IMG/VR virus record: IMGVR_UViG_3300009678_000104
Location: 1-35,315 of that record
From: a virus
Lineage: Duplodnaviria; Caudoviricetes
DNA length: 35,315 nucleotides
Strand: one strand, 5' to 3'
Shown here: piece after piece, positions 18,819 through 27,596 of the stretch
How the letters are laid out: every line of letters begins with the position of its first letter
Numbering within the stretch: position 1 is the first letter of the stretch
Program-made: the position numbers and the translations under genes
The notes under the pieces: model-generated
The model's input: only the letters and a program-made list of their open reading frames with translations
Told to the model about the DNA's origin: nothing
The model's database searches: none

Positions 18819-19945
18819 AGTCCCGACTACGTGTTGCCCTAATTACGCCTTGTCTCGGTATCGGTGGTGCTGATGCTTTAATCATGGGTCTTGTACGTTA
18901 CTGTTACAACATTGATTTCGTTGGTTGTGCAGTTGAACAACGAGTAACAACGCAGCAACGTGGTTGGTTACAACGAGCAATGCCGTATGTTCCGATTCAT
19001 GAATCAATCACGACGACAGAGGTACAAGAAGACGACGAAATCTACGATAATCACGTTGAAGCCATTGAGAAGGCTTGCGAGAATGCAGACTTAATCCTGT
19101 CTTGGGGTACACCGCATCTGAATCGTCTCATTGACATGGACAAGCCAGTTATTGATTACGCACAGAACACAAGTAAGCATTACAAAGTCATTTGTGATTC
19201 GAATAAACGATTCGCTTACTACAAGGCAGCTTGCTCTAAATCAGTGGCTAAGGCGTGCTACCCAACGAAAGATGACGTAGCTGTTATCTATAATGGAATC
19301 GATCCAGGACGAGTATCACCACGCTTGAACCGTGAGATTCAACGAAAGGTGTGGGGCATAGGAGAAGAAGACAAAGTTCTTTTGTTCATGGGTCGATTCG
19401 TTGAAGAGAAACGTCCTGGCTCTGTGATTCAAGTCTTGAGCAAACTAGAGAATTGGAAAGGTATATTCTGTGGTGCTGGTCCACAGGAAGATCAATTATA
19501 CAACGAGGCTCAACGCTATGCACCAGGACGGGTCTATTTCATCAAACCACAGTACCACGTTGGCGACATACTGAGTTCGTCAGACGTATTCATTCTTCCT
19601 TCTGATTACGAGGGACATTCGCTCGCGTTGTGTGAGGCGTGGTTGGCCGGTGTAAGCACTGTCTATAGCGATATGCCCGTTTGCAAAGAACTAGAAGATG
19701 AGTTCGGTATGATGGGTACGATGATTAAACGGAAAGCGACCACTGAAGAAATGGTCGAAGCCGTGATCCGTGCAGACGGTCTTGATACTTCTAGAGTGGC
19801 TGCTGCTAACGCACGAACAGTCACATGGCATAATTTCACGCTTCCAGCAATCGCATGGCAATGGGAAGAATATTTTGAGTATTGTGTAACTGATTGGCGT
19901 AAGCGTAAGCGTTGTGTTGAGATTCATCCAGTTAAGGTGTTGTAA
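18812..19945 (+). CDS. Glycosyltransferase family 4 (GT-B)
   Basis: 'GIGGAD' N-terminal loop, 'VIYNGID', 'FMGRFVEEKR', 'DVFILPSDYEGHSLALCEAWLAG' (E-x7-E motif). Confidence 0.9.
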   Translation: MLESRLRVALITPCLGIGGADALIMGLVRYCYNIDFVGCAVEQRVTTQQRGWLQRAMPYVPIHESITTTEVQEDDEIYDNHVEAIEKACENADLILSWGTPHLNRLIDMDKPVIDYAQNTSKHYKVICDSNKRFAYYKAACSKSVAKACYPTKDDVAVIYNGIDPGRVSPRLNREIQRKVWGIGEEDKVLLFMGRFVEEKRPGSVIQVLSKLENWKGIFCGAGPQEDQLYNEAQRYAPGRVYFIKPQYHVGDILSSSDVFILPSDYEGHSLALCEAWLAGVSTVYSDMPVCKELEDEFGMMGTMIKRKATTEEMVEAVIRADGLDTSRVAAANARTVTWHNFTLPAIAWQWEEYFEYCVTDWRKRKRCVEIHPVKVL

Positions 19946-20199
19946 TGCCTGCCAAAGTAGCCGGTTATAAGATTGAACTGTTAATCAATGGCGAGCCGAT
20001 GGCGTCGCATGACTTAGTACGTCATCACCGTGCAGATGTACCTGATCGAACGACATTGACGGGCACAGCGAAACTGATTCTTCAGAAAGGCGATCAAATC
20101 GGACTGAGACTAACAGTTGAAGAATTGGACGGTCGCCGCAACTATATCGTTTTAGCTGATGGCACAACGCTGAAAGCTGAGAGGATGCGGAATTGGTAG
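19945..20199 (+). CDS. Small protein resembling the C-terminal half of a C1q/TNF-like domain
   Basis: 'KIELLINGEP...TTLTGTAKLILQKGDQIGLRL...TTLKAERM'; TAATG coupling to the GT4 gene. Confidence 0.55.
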   Translation: MPAKVAGYKIELLINGEPMASHDLVRHHRADVPDRTTLTGTAKLILQKGDQIGLRLTVEELDGRRNYIVLADGTTLKAERMRNW

Positions 20200-20489
20200 A
20201 TTACACGTTTGCACGATTCCTTCGATTCAGTAAAGCGATTGCTAAGCTATACATCAAGGCTCGTGGCAATTTACTACCGTTTCACTACGTTGAGAAAAGA
20301 TTAGAAATCTGTCGTCCTTGCCCGTGGTTCACTGGTAAGGGTTGTAAACAATGTGGATGTAATTGCAATGAAAAAGACTCCTACTTTAACAAAATTGCGT
20401 ACCCGACAGAGCGTTGCCCAGATGACCCACCCCGTTGGGTTGAAATCGATCTTTCAACAATCAATGCACGAACAGTGGAAAACGGATGA
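20193..20489 (+). CDS. Small Cys-rich metal-binding protein (DUF6171-like)
   Basis: 'RLEICRPC...CKQCGC...K......CP....W' pattern. Confidence 0.65.
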   Translation: MVDYTFARFLRFSKAIAKLYIKARGNLLPFHYVEKRLEICRPCPWFTGKGCKQCGCNCNEKDSYFNKIAYPTERCPDDPPRWVEIDLSTINARTVENG

Positions 20490-21006
20490 AACGCTCTGTG
20501 GTCAAGGATCAACTATGGTGCATACAGTCAAGATGCGTAAGCACCTACCTGAGATTATAGAGACGTATAACATACGTTCGATGCTTGATATCGGGTGTGG
20601 GGACTGGAACTGGATGCGTTACGTTCCGATCGAGTGTCAATACACTGGCATTGAACTGATTGATGAACTATACGCACAAGCTGTGCAGCATACCGCACAG
20701 AACAGAACGTTCTTGAATGTCGACGTCTTCGAGCATGATTTGCCGAAGGTTGACCTTGTGCTATGCCGGGATGTACTAGTTCATCTGCCACTTGCTATGT
20801 GCGTCGATCTGATTAAGCGGCTCAAGACCAAGTACTTATTGGCAACCACTTTCCCACATGAGAATGTGAATCCTGAGATTCACGTGGGTGGCTGGCGGAA
20901 GCTAAATATGCTGTTACCGCCATTTGATTTGACTGCCGTTAACATCTATGCCGAGAATGAAATCTTCGCTGGCAAGTACATAGGTCTATTTAGTCTCTCC
21001 GGTTGA
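20464..21006 (+). CDS. Class I SAM-dependent methyltransferase (glycan / small-molecule type)
   Basis: 'CGQGS', motif I 'MLDIGCGDWNW', 'YTGIE', 'DLVLCRDVLVHL'. ATG 20464 chosen to avoid a long overlap with the upstream gene. Confidence 0.8.
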   Translation: MHEQWKTDETLCGQGSTMVHTVKMRKHLPEIIETYNIRSMLDIGCGDWNWMRYVPIECQYTGIELIDELYAQAVQHTAQNRTFLNVDVFEHDLPKVDLVLCRDVLVHLPLAMCVDLIKRLKTKYLLATTFPHENVNPEIHVGGWRKLNMLLPPFDLTAVNIYAENEIFAGKYIGLFSLSG

Positions 21007-21559
21007 GAGCTTCTGACGCCAAGCCAGTGCTTAAATCGTTACCAGGAAAATCCTTCCACATCATTGACGGTTGTACCTCTTTGTTGTTCTGGTACTTGCC
21101 CTCGTACTTCCTGTCATAAGCACTGATCGAGGAATAGAAGATTTGACAGATTGGCACATTTGGATAAATGATCAACGGATGAACAACGGTCATTTCAAGT
21201 GTCCAATGGCCACAGAATCCAACGTCACCGAATCCAGCGGTGACATGAACGCTCATTCCAAGGCGAGCAACTGATGAGCGTCCTTCTATGCCCGGTACAC
21301 AGTCATGTGATTCTGTGTACTCATTCGTGCGTCCCAGGTAGAGCATACCTGGACAGAGCATGAATCCACCTTCTTGAATCGTGTACCGTTTATAACGGTT
21401 CTTGGCTTTCATGTCTAGATGTACTTCATCGTAGACAAGAAGCTCATTGTGAAGCGTCAGGTTCACAGAGTTTGGATTCATTTGACTCCGGAAGTATGGT
21501 GCGATGATGATTCGCTTCATCATCATTTCGTGTTCAATCTGTTGTGCTGAATAAATCAT
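20990..21559 (-). CDS. dcd: dCTP deaminase
   Basis: 'NPNSVNLTL', 'GRSSVARLG', 'TAGFGDVGFCGHWTLE', 'ICQIFY', 'YEGKYQ' motifs. Confidence 0.9.
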   Translation of the reverse strand: MIYSAQQIEHEMMMKRIIIAPYFRSQMNPNSVNLTLHNELLVYDEVHLDMKAKNRYKRYTIQEGGFMLCPGMLYLGRTNEYTESHDCVPGIEGRSSVARLGMSVHVTAGFGDVGFCGHWTLEMTVVHPLIIYPNVPICQIFYSSISAYDRKYEGKYQNNKEVQPSMMWKDFPGNDLSTGLASEALNRRD

Positions 21560-22197
21560 AGGCTTACCGGCTCCGTTAGTAGTTTCCTGTAGACTTCGGC
21601 CGTTAACTTACAATCGTAGAGTGCGTCGTGTTGTGAACCTTCAATGATTTCAATCTTTAGACAGTTGCACAACCAACGAAGCATCACTTTCGGAAATGGC
21701 GTTTGCTCAGCGTCGAATTCAGACTTGTCGTTCAGATACAACGCAATAGTCTGAATGTCACGAGCGTTGTTGTTGAACATCGCCCAATAGTTCTCATGTC
21801 CGAGGAAATGTTGTAGGAATCCACGATCAAAGGCATAGTTACAACCAAGAGGTACGACTTGCTTCTTTTCACCCAGGTTCAGTCGTGTGAACCAATGATG
21901 AAGAAGATCCATTGCAGCCTCAGGGTCCATGCCGTTTAGCTTGTAATCAACCAACTCCTTATTCGTGACACGTAACGCTTCAGGATCGACACGCTCAGGG
22001 TACAGCGGCTTAATCTTTATGTCAAGCGGCGGGTACTCAGTTGATGGTTGTATATCCTGGTCAAGAGGCAATATACCAATTTGAGTGATTTCATGCCAGC
22101 CCCATTGCGTGCCTGTTGTCTCTAAGTCAATAGCACACAATAAATGATTGTTCAGATTGACAAGTGATTTCGTACTGTTCTTCATGCTTTGATCCAT
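21556..22197 (-). CDS. DEDDh 3'-5' exonuclease (DnaQ / RNase T-like)
   Basis: ExoI 'IDLETTG', ExoII 'GCNYAFDRGFL', ExoIII 'HDALYD'. Confidence 0.9.
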   Translation of the reverse strand: MDQSMKNSTKSLVNLNNHLLCAIDLETTGTQWGWHEITQIGILPLDQDIQPSTEYPPLDIKIKPLYPERVDPEALRVTNKELVDYKLNGMDPEAAMDLLHHWFTRLNLGEKKQVVPLGCNYAFDRGFLQHFLGHENYWAMFNNNARDIQTIALYLNDKSEFDAEQTPFPKVMLRWLCNCLKIEIIEGSQHDALYDCKLTAEVYRKLLTEPVSL

Positions 22198-23069
22198 AAT
22201 TTCTCGACGGTATGATCAATATTTTGCACATGTTCAAGATGTGCTTTATTGTTCTTCTCGTCAAAGGAATTGATTTCAGAAGTCAATGCAACGTTCCATT
22301 CGTGTTTGTCAGTCCAGAACGATTCGCCGTCGATCTGTTCATCTGGATAGTGGCTAAGAGCAACGAACCCTTTCGCCCGTTGACAACATCGCAGTAGTCG
22401 GTCTAAGTCAGTTCTGGTCCAAACATGGTTATAGATGCCAGAATCAGTTTCCACATATGGTGGATCGAAGTAATGAACAGTGCAATGATCATCGAAATCA
22501 TTGAAGCATTGTTCGAAGTCTAGGTTCTCAATCTGGATGTAACGGAATCGTGAATGGATCGCTGGGAATCCTTCCAACGCTTTCGGAATGTTGATTGGAC
22601 TGAAACTCTTCAAACCACGTGCGAAACAATCCATCTTACCGAGAACAGATGTTCGCATGGCGTAGAACCATTTAGCTGCACGAACAACATCGTCTGTCTC
22701 ATCAATCCAAGTGTCACGACAATGAATGAACTCCTCACGTGAGTGAAGCGTCAGTTCGAGCCAAGTGATCAGAGCAGCCAACTTGATTGGATCGCGGATA
22801 CAACGATAGAACGCTGTAATCGCAGAGTACCGATCATTGAATACTTCAACGTCACTTGAATCACGATTCAGTGTTATTACACCAGTGCCGCCGAAGTGGT
22901 CAACCCATACTTTACGCATCGGCAGATGCGGTAGTATGTACTTAACGCTTCTGTTTTTGCCACCAGCCACGGTAAAAGGTGCACGAAAGATTTTGTTACG
23001 ATCAGTCGGCTCTGGAATGTAATGATCGTCATGCATCTCAATCAAGTCGTCGAACAGGCTATCTGACAT
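22182..23069 (-). CDS. dam: Dam-family (D12 class) N6-adenine DNA methyltransferase
   Basis: 'AGGK', motif I 'VDHFGGTG', 'EVFND', motif IV 'YFDPPY'. Start at MSDS (23069) preferred. Target specificity is not established. Confidence 0.85.
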   Translation of the reverse strand: MSDSLFDDLIEMHDDHYIPEPTDRNKIFRAPFTVAGGKNRSVKYILPHLPMRKVWVDHFGGTGVITLNRDSSDVEVFNDRYSAITAFYRCIRDPIKLAALITWLELTLHSREEFIHCRDTWIDETDDVVRAAKWFYAMRTSVLGKMDCFARGLKSFSPINIPKALEGFPAIHSRFRYIQIENLDFEQCFNDFDDHCTVHYFDPPYVETDSGIYNHVWTRTDLDRLLRCCQRAKGFVALSHYPDEQIDGESFWTDKHEWNVALTSEINSFDEKNNKAHLEHVQNIDHTVEKLWIKA

Positions 23070-23583
23070 ATTGATACATCCAATCCGTGATGTGTGAGAG
23101 GTCCGCTGCGTTGTCATTAACGAAAGGCACGACTATCTGGTTACGATACAATAGTTGATGTAATACATCGTAATATTGTATCCGATCATTAGCTCGCCTA
23201 CGCAGGCTAAGCTCCATTGACGCGGAATCATTTTTGAATCGTTGTGTAATCCGATCAGTCTCATGGCTACTAGTGAACCAAAGAAACATTTTTCTTCGTT
23301 CTAGAGCAATGACTCGTTCGACCTGAGACAAGATTCGTGGCTGACCAACACAAACGACTAGTTTCTTATTCTCAGCCGCTTGCAGTTGCTCAGTGAAGAT
23401 GGACCATGCCTCGTCTTCAGTATGCTCCATCGCACCTTTACCATCGAAGTAGCCAGGCGGATGACGAAGTCTCATCGCTTTACCGACCTGAATCAAACCA
23501 ACGTCTTCAGGCCATTTTTTCTGTGCCTCTTCAGCGATAGTGTCTTTGCCAACACAAGTGACACCGAGTAAACAGATTAGCAT
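23059..23583 (-). CDS. P-loop nucleoside monophosphate kinase-like protein
   Basis: 'ICLLGVTCVGKDT' P-loop, 'VGKAMR', and 'GQPRILSQ' resembling the adenylate kinase G(F/Y)PR motif. Confidence 0.7.
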   Translation of the reverse strand: MLICLLGVTCVGKDTIAEEAQKKWPEDVGLIQVGKAMRLRHPPGYFDGKGAMEHTEDEAWSIFTEQLQAAENKKLVVCVGQPRILSQVERVIALERRKMFLWFTSSHETDRITQRFKNDSASMELSLRRRANDRIQYYDVLHQLLYRNQIVVPFVNDNAADLSHITDWMYQYVR

Positions 23584-23888
23584 GATAACCTCTTTTCAAT
23601 TTCATTGAATTTAAGAATCAATTCCTCAAATAAACATTTTCCTTTGAATAGTTCTTGGTGCGTGGCTTTGACAATTACTTTGGGATCATTGAGCAGTTCA
23701 AGCAAATACTCAAAATTCTCAACAACGTTGCCAATGTAGTCAACGTTGCACATGTAATCGACAGTAAGGTCATCACCCTCCGCTGTATTAATCGTTTGCT
23801 TCAAAAGCTTTGTTACAGCGTCCTTGTGGTCAATGTACGCTGCGTGATCCAACTTAAGACTGAACTTAAGTCGTTCATATCGAGTCAT
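23577..23888 (-). CDS. Hypothetical protein
   Basis: 103-aa ORF tightly packed in the - strand operon. Confidence 0.6.
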   Translation of the reverse strand: MTRYERLKFSLKLDHAAYIDHKDAVTKLLKQTINTAEGDDLTVDYMCNVDYIGNVVENFEYLLELLNDPKVIVKATHQELFKGKCLFEELILKFNEIEKRLSC

Positions 23889-24112
23889 TATGCATCAACC
23901 TCAATTTTGATTGGACAACTAATTGCTTCTAAATCAGTACCGCCGCCAGTCATTGTTCCTTTCTCGTAATCAATGTCGATCCATTCGTATTCATGACCGG
24001 CTTGAAACGGACCGAAATCAATGAGCATTTCACAGTTGCGATACTGGATACGTAAGTCACCATTGACGTTCTCTGACGTATCGTAAACGAAAATGTCTTC
24101 AACCATTGTCAA
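23888..24112 (-). CDS. Hypothetical acidic protein
   Basis: 74-aa ORF with SD-like AAGGAG upstream; TAATG coupling to the next gene. Confidence 0.55.
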   Translation of the reverse strand: MTMVEDIFVYDTSENVNGDLRIQYRNCEMLIDFGPFQAGHEYEWIDIDYEKGTMTGGGTDLEAISCPIKIEVDA

Positions 24113-24380
24113 CTCCTTCTGGTAAAGTCATTGGTAATTCGTCACTGTAGTAACATTCAGACAGTTCCAAGTCGTCTGCAACCAGTTCGTACAGTGTGTT
24201 GCCGTGTATGAATCGTTCAACACCACGTTCCTTCATGAATGAAATCAATTTCGGTTTCATTTTGAGATCGAATACAGTACCGAGCTTGAGATGAATGTTC
24301 AATTCGCTCCAAGCTTGTAATATGGTTTGAATCGTGTCACCATCGTAATCAGGTGGCACTGTAAACACTTTCTTCGTCAT
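24099..24380 (-). CDS. Hypothetical protein
   Basis: 93-aa ORF with SD AGGAG and ATGA overlap with the primase stop. Confidence 0.6.
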   Translation of the reverse strand: MTKKVFTVPPDYDGDTIQTILQAWSELNIHLKLGTVFDLKMKPKLISFMKERGVERFIHGNTLYELVADDLELSECYYSDELPMTLPEGVDNG

Positions 24381-27052
24381 GAAGAACTCCTAACTAGTTT
24401 CTCGTTTAGTACAATTAGTTTCGGTTGTTGCATTTCTTCTTCTGTTCCTGGTGTCCAAGAAATGTTACCCCAATGCCATGATGATTCACCCTTCTTTCGT
24501 CCTTTCGGGAATCGATCAGGCATACATTTGTTCACAGCCTGCTTACTGTTCCAAGTCATTCGTTCGATTGGTTCGAGCGACGCCAAGAACCGTTCATAGA
24601 ATTCCTCTAGCTTAATCGTTTTGCCAGGCACATCGAAACAGTTCTCTTGTACGAATCGTTGAACGTCAGTCTGTTGATCTTCAAGGCTTAATTGTTTGTC
24701 AGCGGTGTCGATAACAGGTAGACGTAAACGACCGTCACAATCAGGAATTTCGAGACCTAGAATCAAAGCGATGAAGTCCGAGGCTTCTTTGATTAACTCA
24801 CGGAATAGAACACGTTTCGGTACTTCACGTTCTGGCTTCTTCTCAACGTGAATGAACATCACACGTGTGTCACCTGTGAACACAGGAAACGCTTTCCTTG
24901 TGTTTGCACATTGAATGAAGTGACCGGTGTTATCAATCAGATAAGGAGTGCAATACTTAGGATGAACAAGCAGTTTCTTCGCTGTCACCCATTCCTTCAT
25001 TCTGTTGTAGACTTCGCTGCCTCTTGCTGACAAATCAATTTCTTCGATTACACAAAGAATGGTTCCAATCAATTCAGCATTGAAGCCACCTTTATTGGTC
25101 ATGGCTTGATCCACTTTCATGTAACCAGGCGTAAAGAGCAGTTCTAACGCCTCATGGAATGTGCTCTTGCCTGTTTCTTGTGCCTCACTATACATGAATA
25201 AGTAAGGCAACGGTTCAGTAGGCATCTGAATCATTGATGCTACCCATAGCAATAGGTACTCAGCCCCGGTCAATACACCATGCTTCTTGCACCATTTGTC
25301 CTCTTTAACAGCGTAATCAATATTCTGACCGATGTGGGTGAATATACTGAGCCACGTTGGACAATTGAACTGGTCAGCAATCGTGGCTGGAAAATTGAAC
25401 TGTGGAGCGTTACGATTCCACAACCGATCACCAGGATACTCATTCTGAAACGGTTGAGTTACAATCGTCCAAGGTCTCATTATTGAAGACCCAAGAACCT
25501 GTTGTATCTCATTTGGCTTCAGATTCATGGCTGCCAATAGGTGTTTGACATGAGGAAGTGGTTCCTCAACCCACCGGCCATCAGAATTGATCACCCAACC
25601 TGAATCATTGTTTGAGCTTGTGATTAAATGACGTACTTGGTCGTCAAACGATTCAACGTCCAGTTCATTGTTGGGAACGTGATTGATATTGAATATCTTC
25701 TGCCAAGTGCTTTTCTTCTGCAACCAACCCTGCAACTTAGCATTGTCATCGTGTTGTTCCTGTGGGAAAGACACAATGATTCGGTTCTGTTCTTTGTGCT
25801 CTTTGATTCGAGCTGTTCTCATGTCGTAACCGGGCGGGATATCGACATTTGCACCGAGAGCAAGAGCTGCGGAGTGTGCATCAGAACCACACTTGAACAC
25901 ATACGCACCATCCGAGTCTTCCAATCCACCATTCGCCATTGATGCTGTACGAAGCGTGGGTTCCATGTTGTAATAACACATCGTATATGAAGCACCATCT
26001 TGTGCCCATGACGGATGTTCTTTACAACCGCGACTATATCGTCGGATACTCCACGCACCGTGCCGCATCGGAAACATGAAACAATTATGTGTGGTCGTGG
26101 CTTTTGTTTCTGTTTCAAAGATTCCTTTGTATGACAAGGCTTCGTGGGCTTCTTTAAGTGCAGCCGTGTGTGTCACAAGCATATGATGGTCTGAGTCCCA
26201 CCAATGAAAATGATTGTGTTCATTCAGATATTTAATCAAATTGATGTGGTCGTCATCGAGTTTGATTCTTGTTCGTTGTGCTGACAAAGCATCAAACTTT
26301 TCATCACGTTGCGGGTCAGATACTTTCTTTCGTACACCCTTAACAACGTTGATGTGTTCCTTCCAATTAGCTGGAACTTCGTTAAGCACAGAGCCTTGCT
26401 TAATCAAACTAAGACCTGTCGTCCCAATCATTTTGCGGTGCCAAACCCACATATTACCGCCGCAAACATCAACCTTTGATTTGAAATCAAAGCCAGCTAG
26501 AGAGCTCATTTTACTCAGTATGGCTCTTGCTAATGAACTGTGCTCAACGTGATTCTGTGTCGGTACAGCATCAAGAAAGACGTACAGATGTAAGCCCTTA
26601 CCTGATGTAGACGATCGAACTGTCACCCAATCGAGACTGCAAGCGGCGTCTTGTACCTTCTTCAAATCCTCGGAGCTTAGCTTGGAACTGTGTTTGTCAC
26701 TGTGGCCAACAATGGAATCGAAATCGAAAGCGACCCAACGACTGACTCTTGATTGCCAGTCCCAACCAGTCATGCCGATGCCCTCAACACGAGCACCCAA
26801 ATCAAATTTCAATTGTTCGTCAGTGTATTCAGGATTCGACATTGCATTGTACGGAATCCGAAATGACTTCCAAGTTTGATTACCGTCAGTGTAAGCCATC
26901 CACTTCTTGTCACGATACGTACCCTCAATCCGTTCTCCGTGGTCTTGAGCTACGTTCACTTGACATTCCATTGCTAGGCTATACAACGATTCCAGATCAG
27001 GATGCGTTGATTGCGATAGAAATGATTTGATAGCTTCGCTCTTTGTGGGCAT
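24377..27052 (-). CDS. AEP (PrimPol-type) primase fused to a D5-like SF3 helicase
   Basis: AEP motifs 'VAFDFD', 'STSGKGLHLY', 'KVD'; helicase Walker A 'ETGKSTF', Walker B 'CVIEEI', motif C 'QCANT'; SD GGGAG. Confidence 0.85.
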   Translation of the reverse strand: MPTKSEAIKSFLSQSTHPDLESLYSLAMECQVNVAQDHGERIEGTYRDKKWMAYTDGNQTWKSFRIPYNAMSNPEYTDEQLKFDLGARVEGIGMTGWDWQSRVSRWVAFDFDSIVGHSDKHSSKLSSEDLKKVQDAACSLDWVTVRSSTSGKGLHLYVFLDAVPTQNHVEHSSLARAILSKMSSLAGFDFKSKVDVCGGNMWVWHRKMIGTTGLSLIKQGSVLNEVPANWKEHINVVKGVRKKVSDPQRDEKFDALSAQRTRIKLDDDHINLIKYLNEHNHFHWWDSDHHMLVTHTAALKEAHEALSYKGIFETETKATTTHNCFMFPMRHGAWSIRRYSRGCKEHPSWAQDGASYTMCYYNMEPTLRTASMANGGLEDSDGAYVFKCGSDAHSAALALGANVDIPPGYDMRTARIKEHKEQNRIIVSFPQEQHDDNAKLQGWLQKKSTWQKIFNINHVPNNELDVESFDDQVRHLITSSNNDSGWVINSDGRWVEEPLPHVKHLLAAMNLKPNEIQQVLGSSIMRPWTIVTQPFQNEYPGDRLWNRNAPQFNFPATIADQFNCPTWLSIFTHIGQNIDYAVKEDKWCKKHGVLTGAEYLLLWVASMIQMPTEPLPYLFMYSEAQETGKSTFHEALELLFTPGYMKVDQAMTNKGGFNAELIGTILCVIEEIDLSARGSEVYNRMKEWVTAKKLLVHPKYCTPYLIDNTGHFIQCANTRKAFPVFTGDTRVMFIHVEKKPEREVPKRVLFRELIKEASDFIALILGLEIPDCDGRLRLPVIDTADKQLSLEDQQTDVQRFVQENCFDVPGKTIKLEEFYERFLASLEPIERMTWNSKQAVNKCMPDRFPKGRKKGESSWHWGNISWTPGTEEEMQQPKLIVLNEKLVRSSS

Positions 27053-27198
27053 AGTATCTCCCGATTAATGATTAACTAACTATACTAATTACTGCCTATA
27101 CTCTCGTATGCAAACTGTGAGCAATTGTTTGTTAATAAGATAGTTCAGCCTAGTTATTCGTTTGGTCAGTTGATTTGATTTAAAATGCCTCTGGTCGT

Positions 27199-27313
27199 GA
27201 GCATCCGCTACCCTTATTGGGACCGAATTCGGCCCTAACTACTTTATTTTTCGTTAACTAATTCAGTTAGTAGTTACTCGCCCGGCTCGTCCCAATAAGG
27301 GTAGCGGACGCTC
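27199..27313. repeat. 25-bp inverted repeat (24/25) with 65-bp spacer containing a nested 8-bp inverted repeat; candidate origin / control element
   Basis: GAGCATCCGCTACCCTTATTGGGAC (27199-27223) versus GTCCCAATAAGGGTAGCGGACGCTC (27289-27313); inner TAACTACT (27236-27243) / AGTAGTTA (27269-27276). Confidence 0.9.
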
Positions 27314-27596
27314 CCGACACGCGACCGAGTTCGGATTTGATTTTAGGATTCCCAATCGTCATGATTCAAGAATCAAGCATGTTACCTCTTGAAATGAATG
27401 ATTTAGCATCGTTTCACAACGATGAAAAATCGCAAACCTTCGAGAGTACAGATGGTTTCTTTCGATTTAAAACGTATGGTCCTGGCCTGTAGCAGTCAAA
27501 TCGACAGGAACAATAAGCCGGGCTTACTAGTCTGGTTACTTATTAGCACTTACTGTGCTTAGTCCTGGCCGGGCAGGTAATCCCGGTTTTTAATTT

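Noticed and set aside
18170-19945. Self-splicing intron or mobile element explaining the split C1q-like domain; loose similarity ATCCTGTTGA (~18178) versus ATCCAGTTAA (~19926)
   Set aside because: The interval is fully coding, with no visible intron core, maturase, homing endonuclease or transposase. The 84-aa ORF has its own coupled ATG and an in-frame stop just upstream. An 8/10 match is expected by chance.
27053-27180. Sigma70-type promoters for the divergent operons
   Set aside because: AT-rich with -10-like hexamers, but I found no convincing -35/-10 pair.
27361-27492. 43-codon ORF (MIQESSMLPLEMND...) in the control region
   Set aside because: Short, weak SD spacing and no motif; cannot be distinguished from chance.
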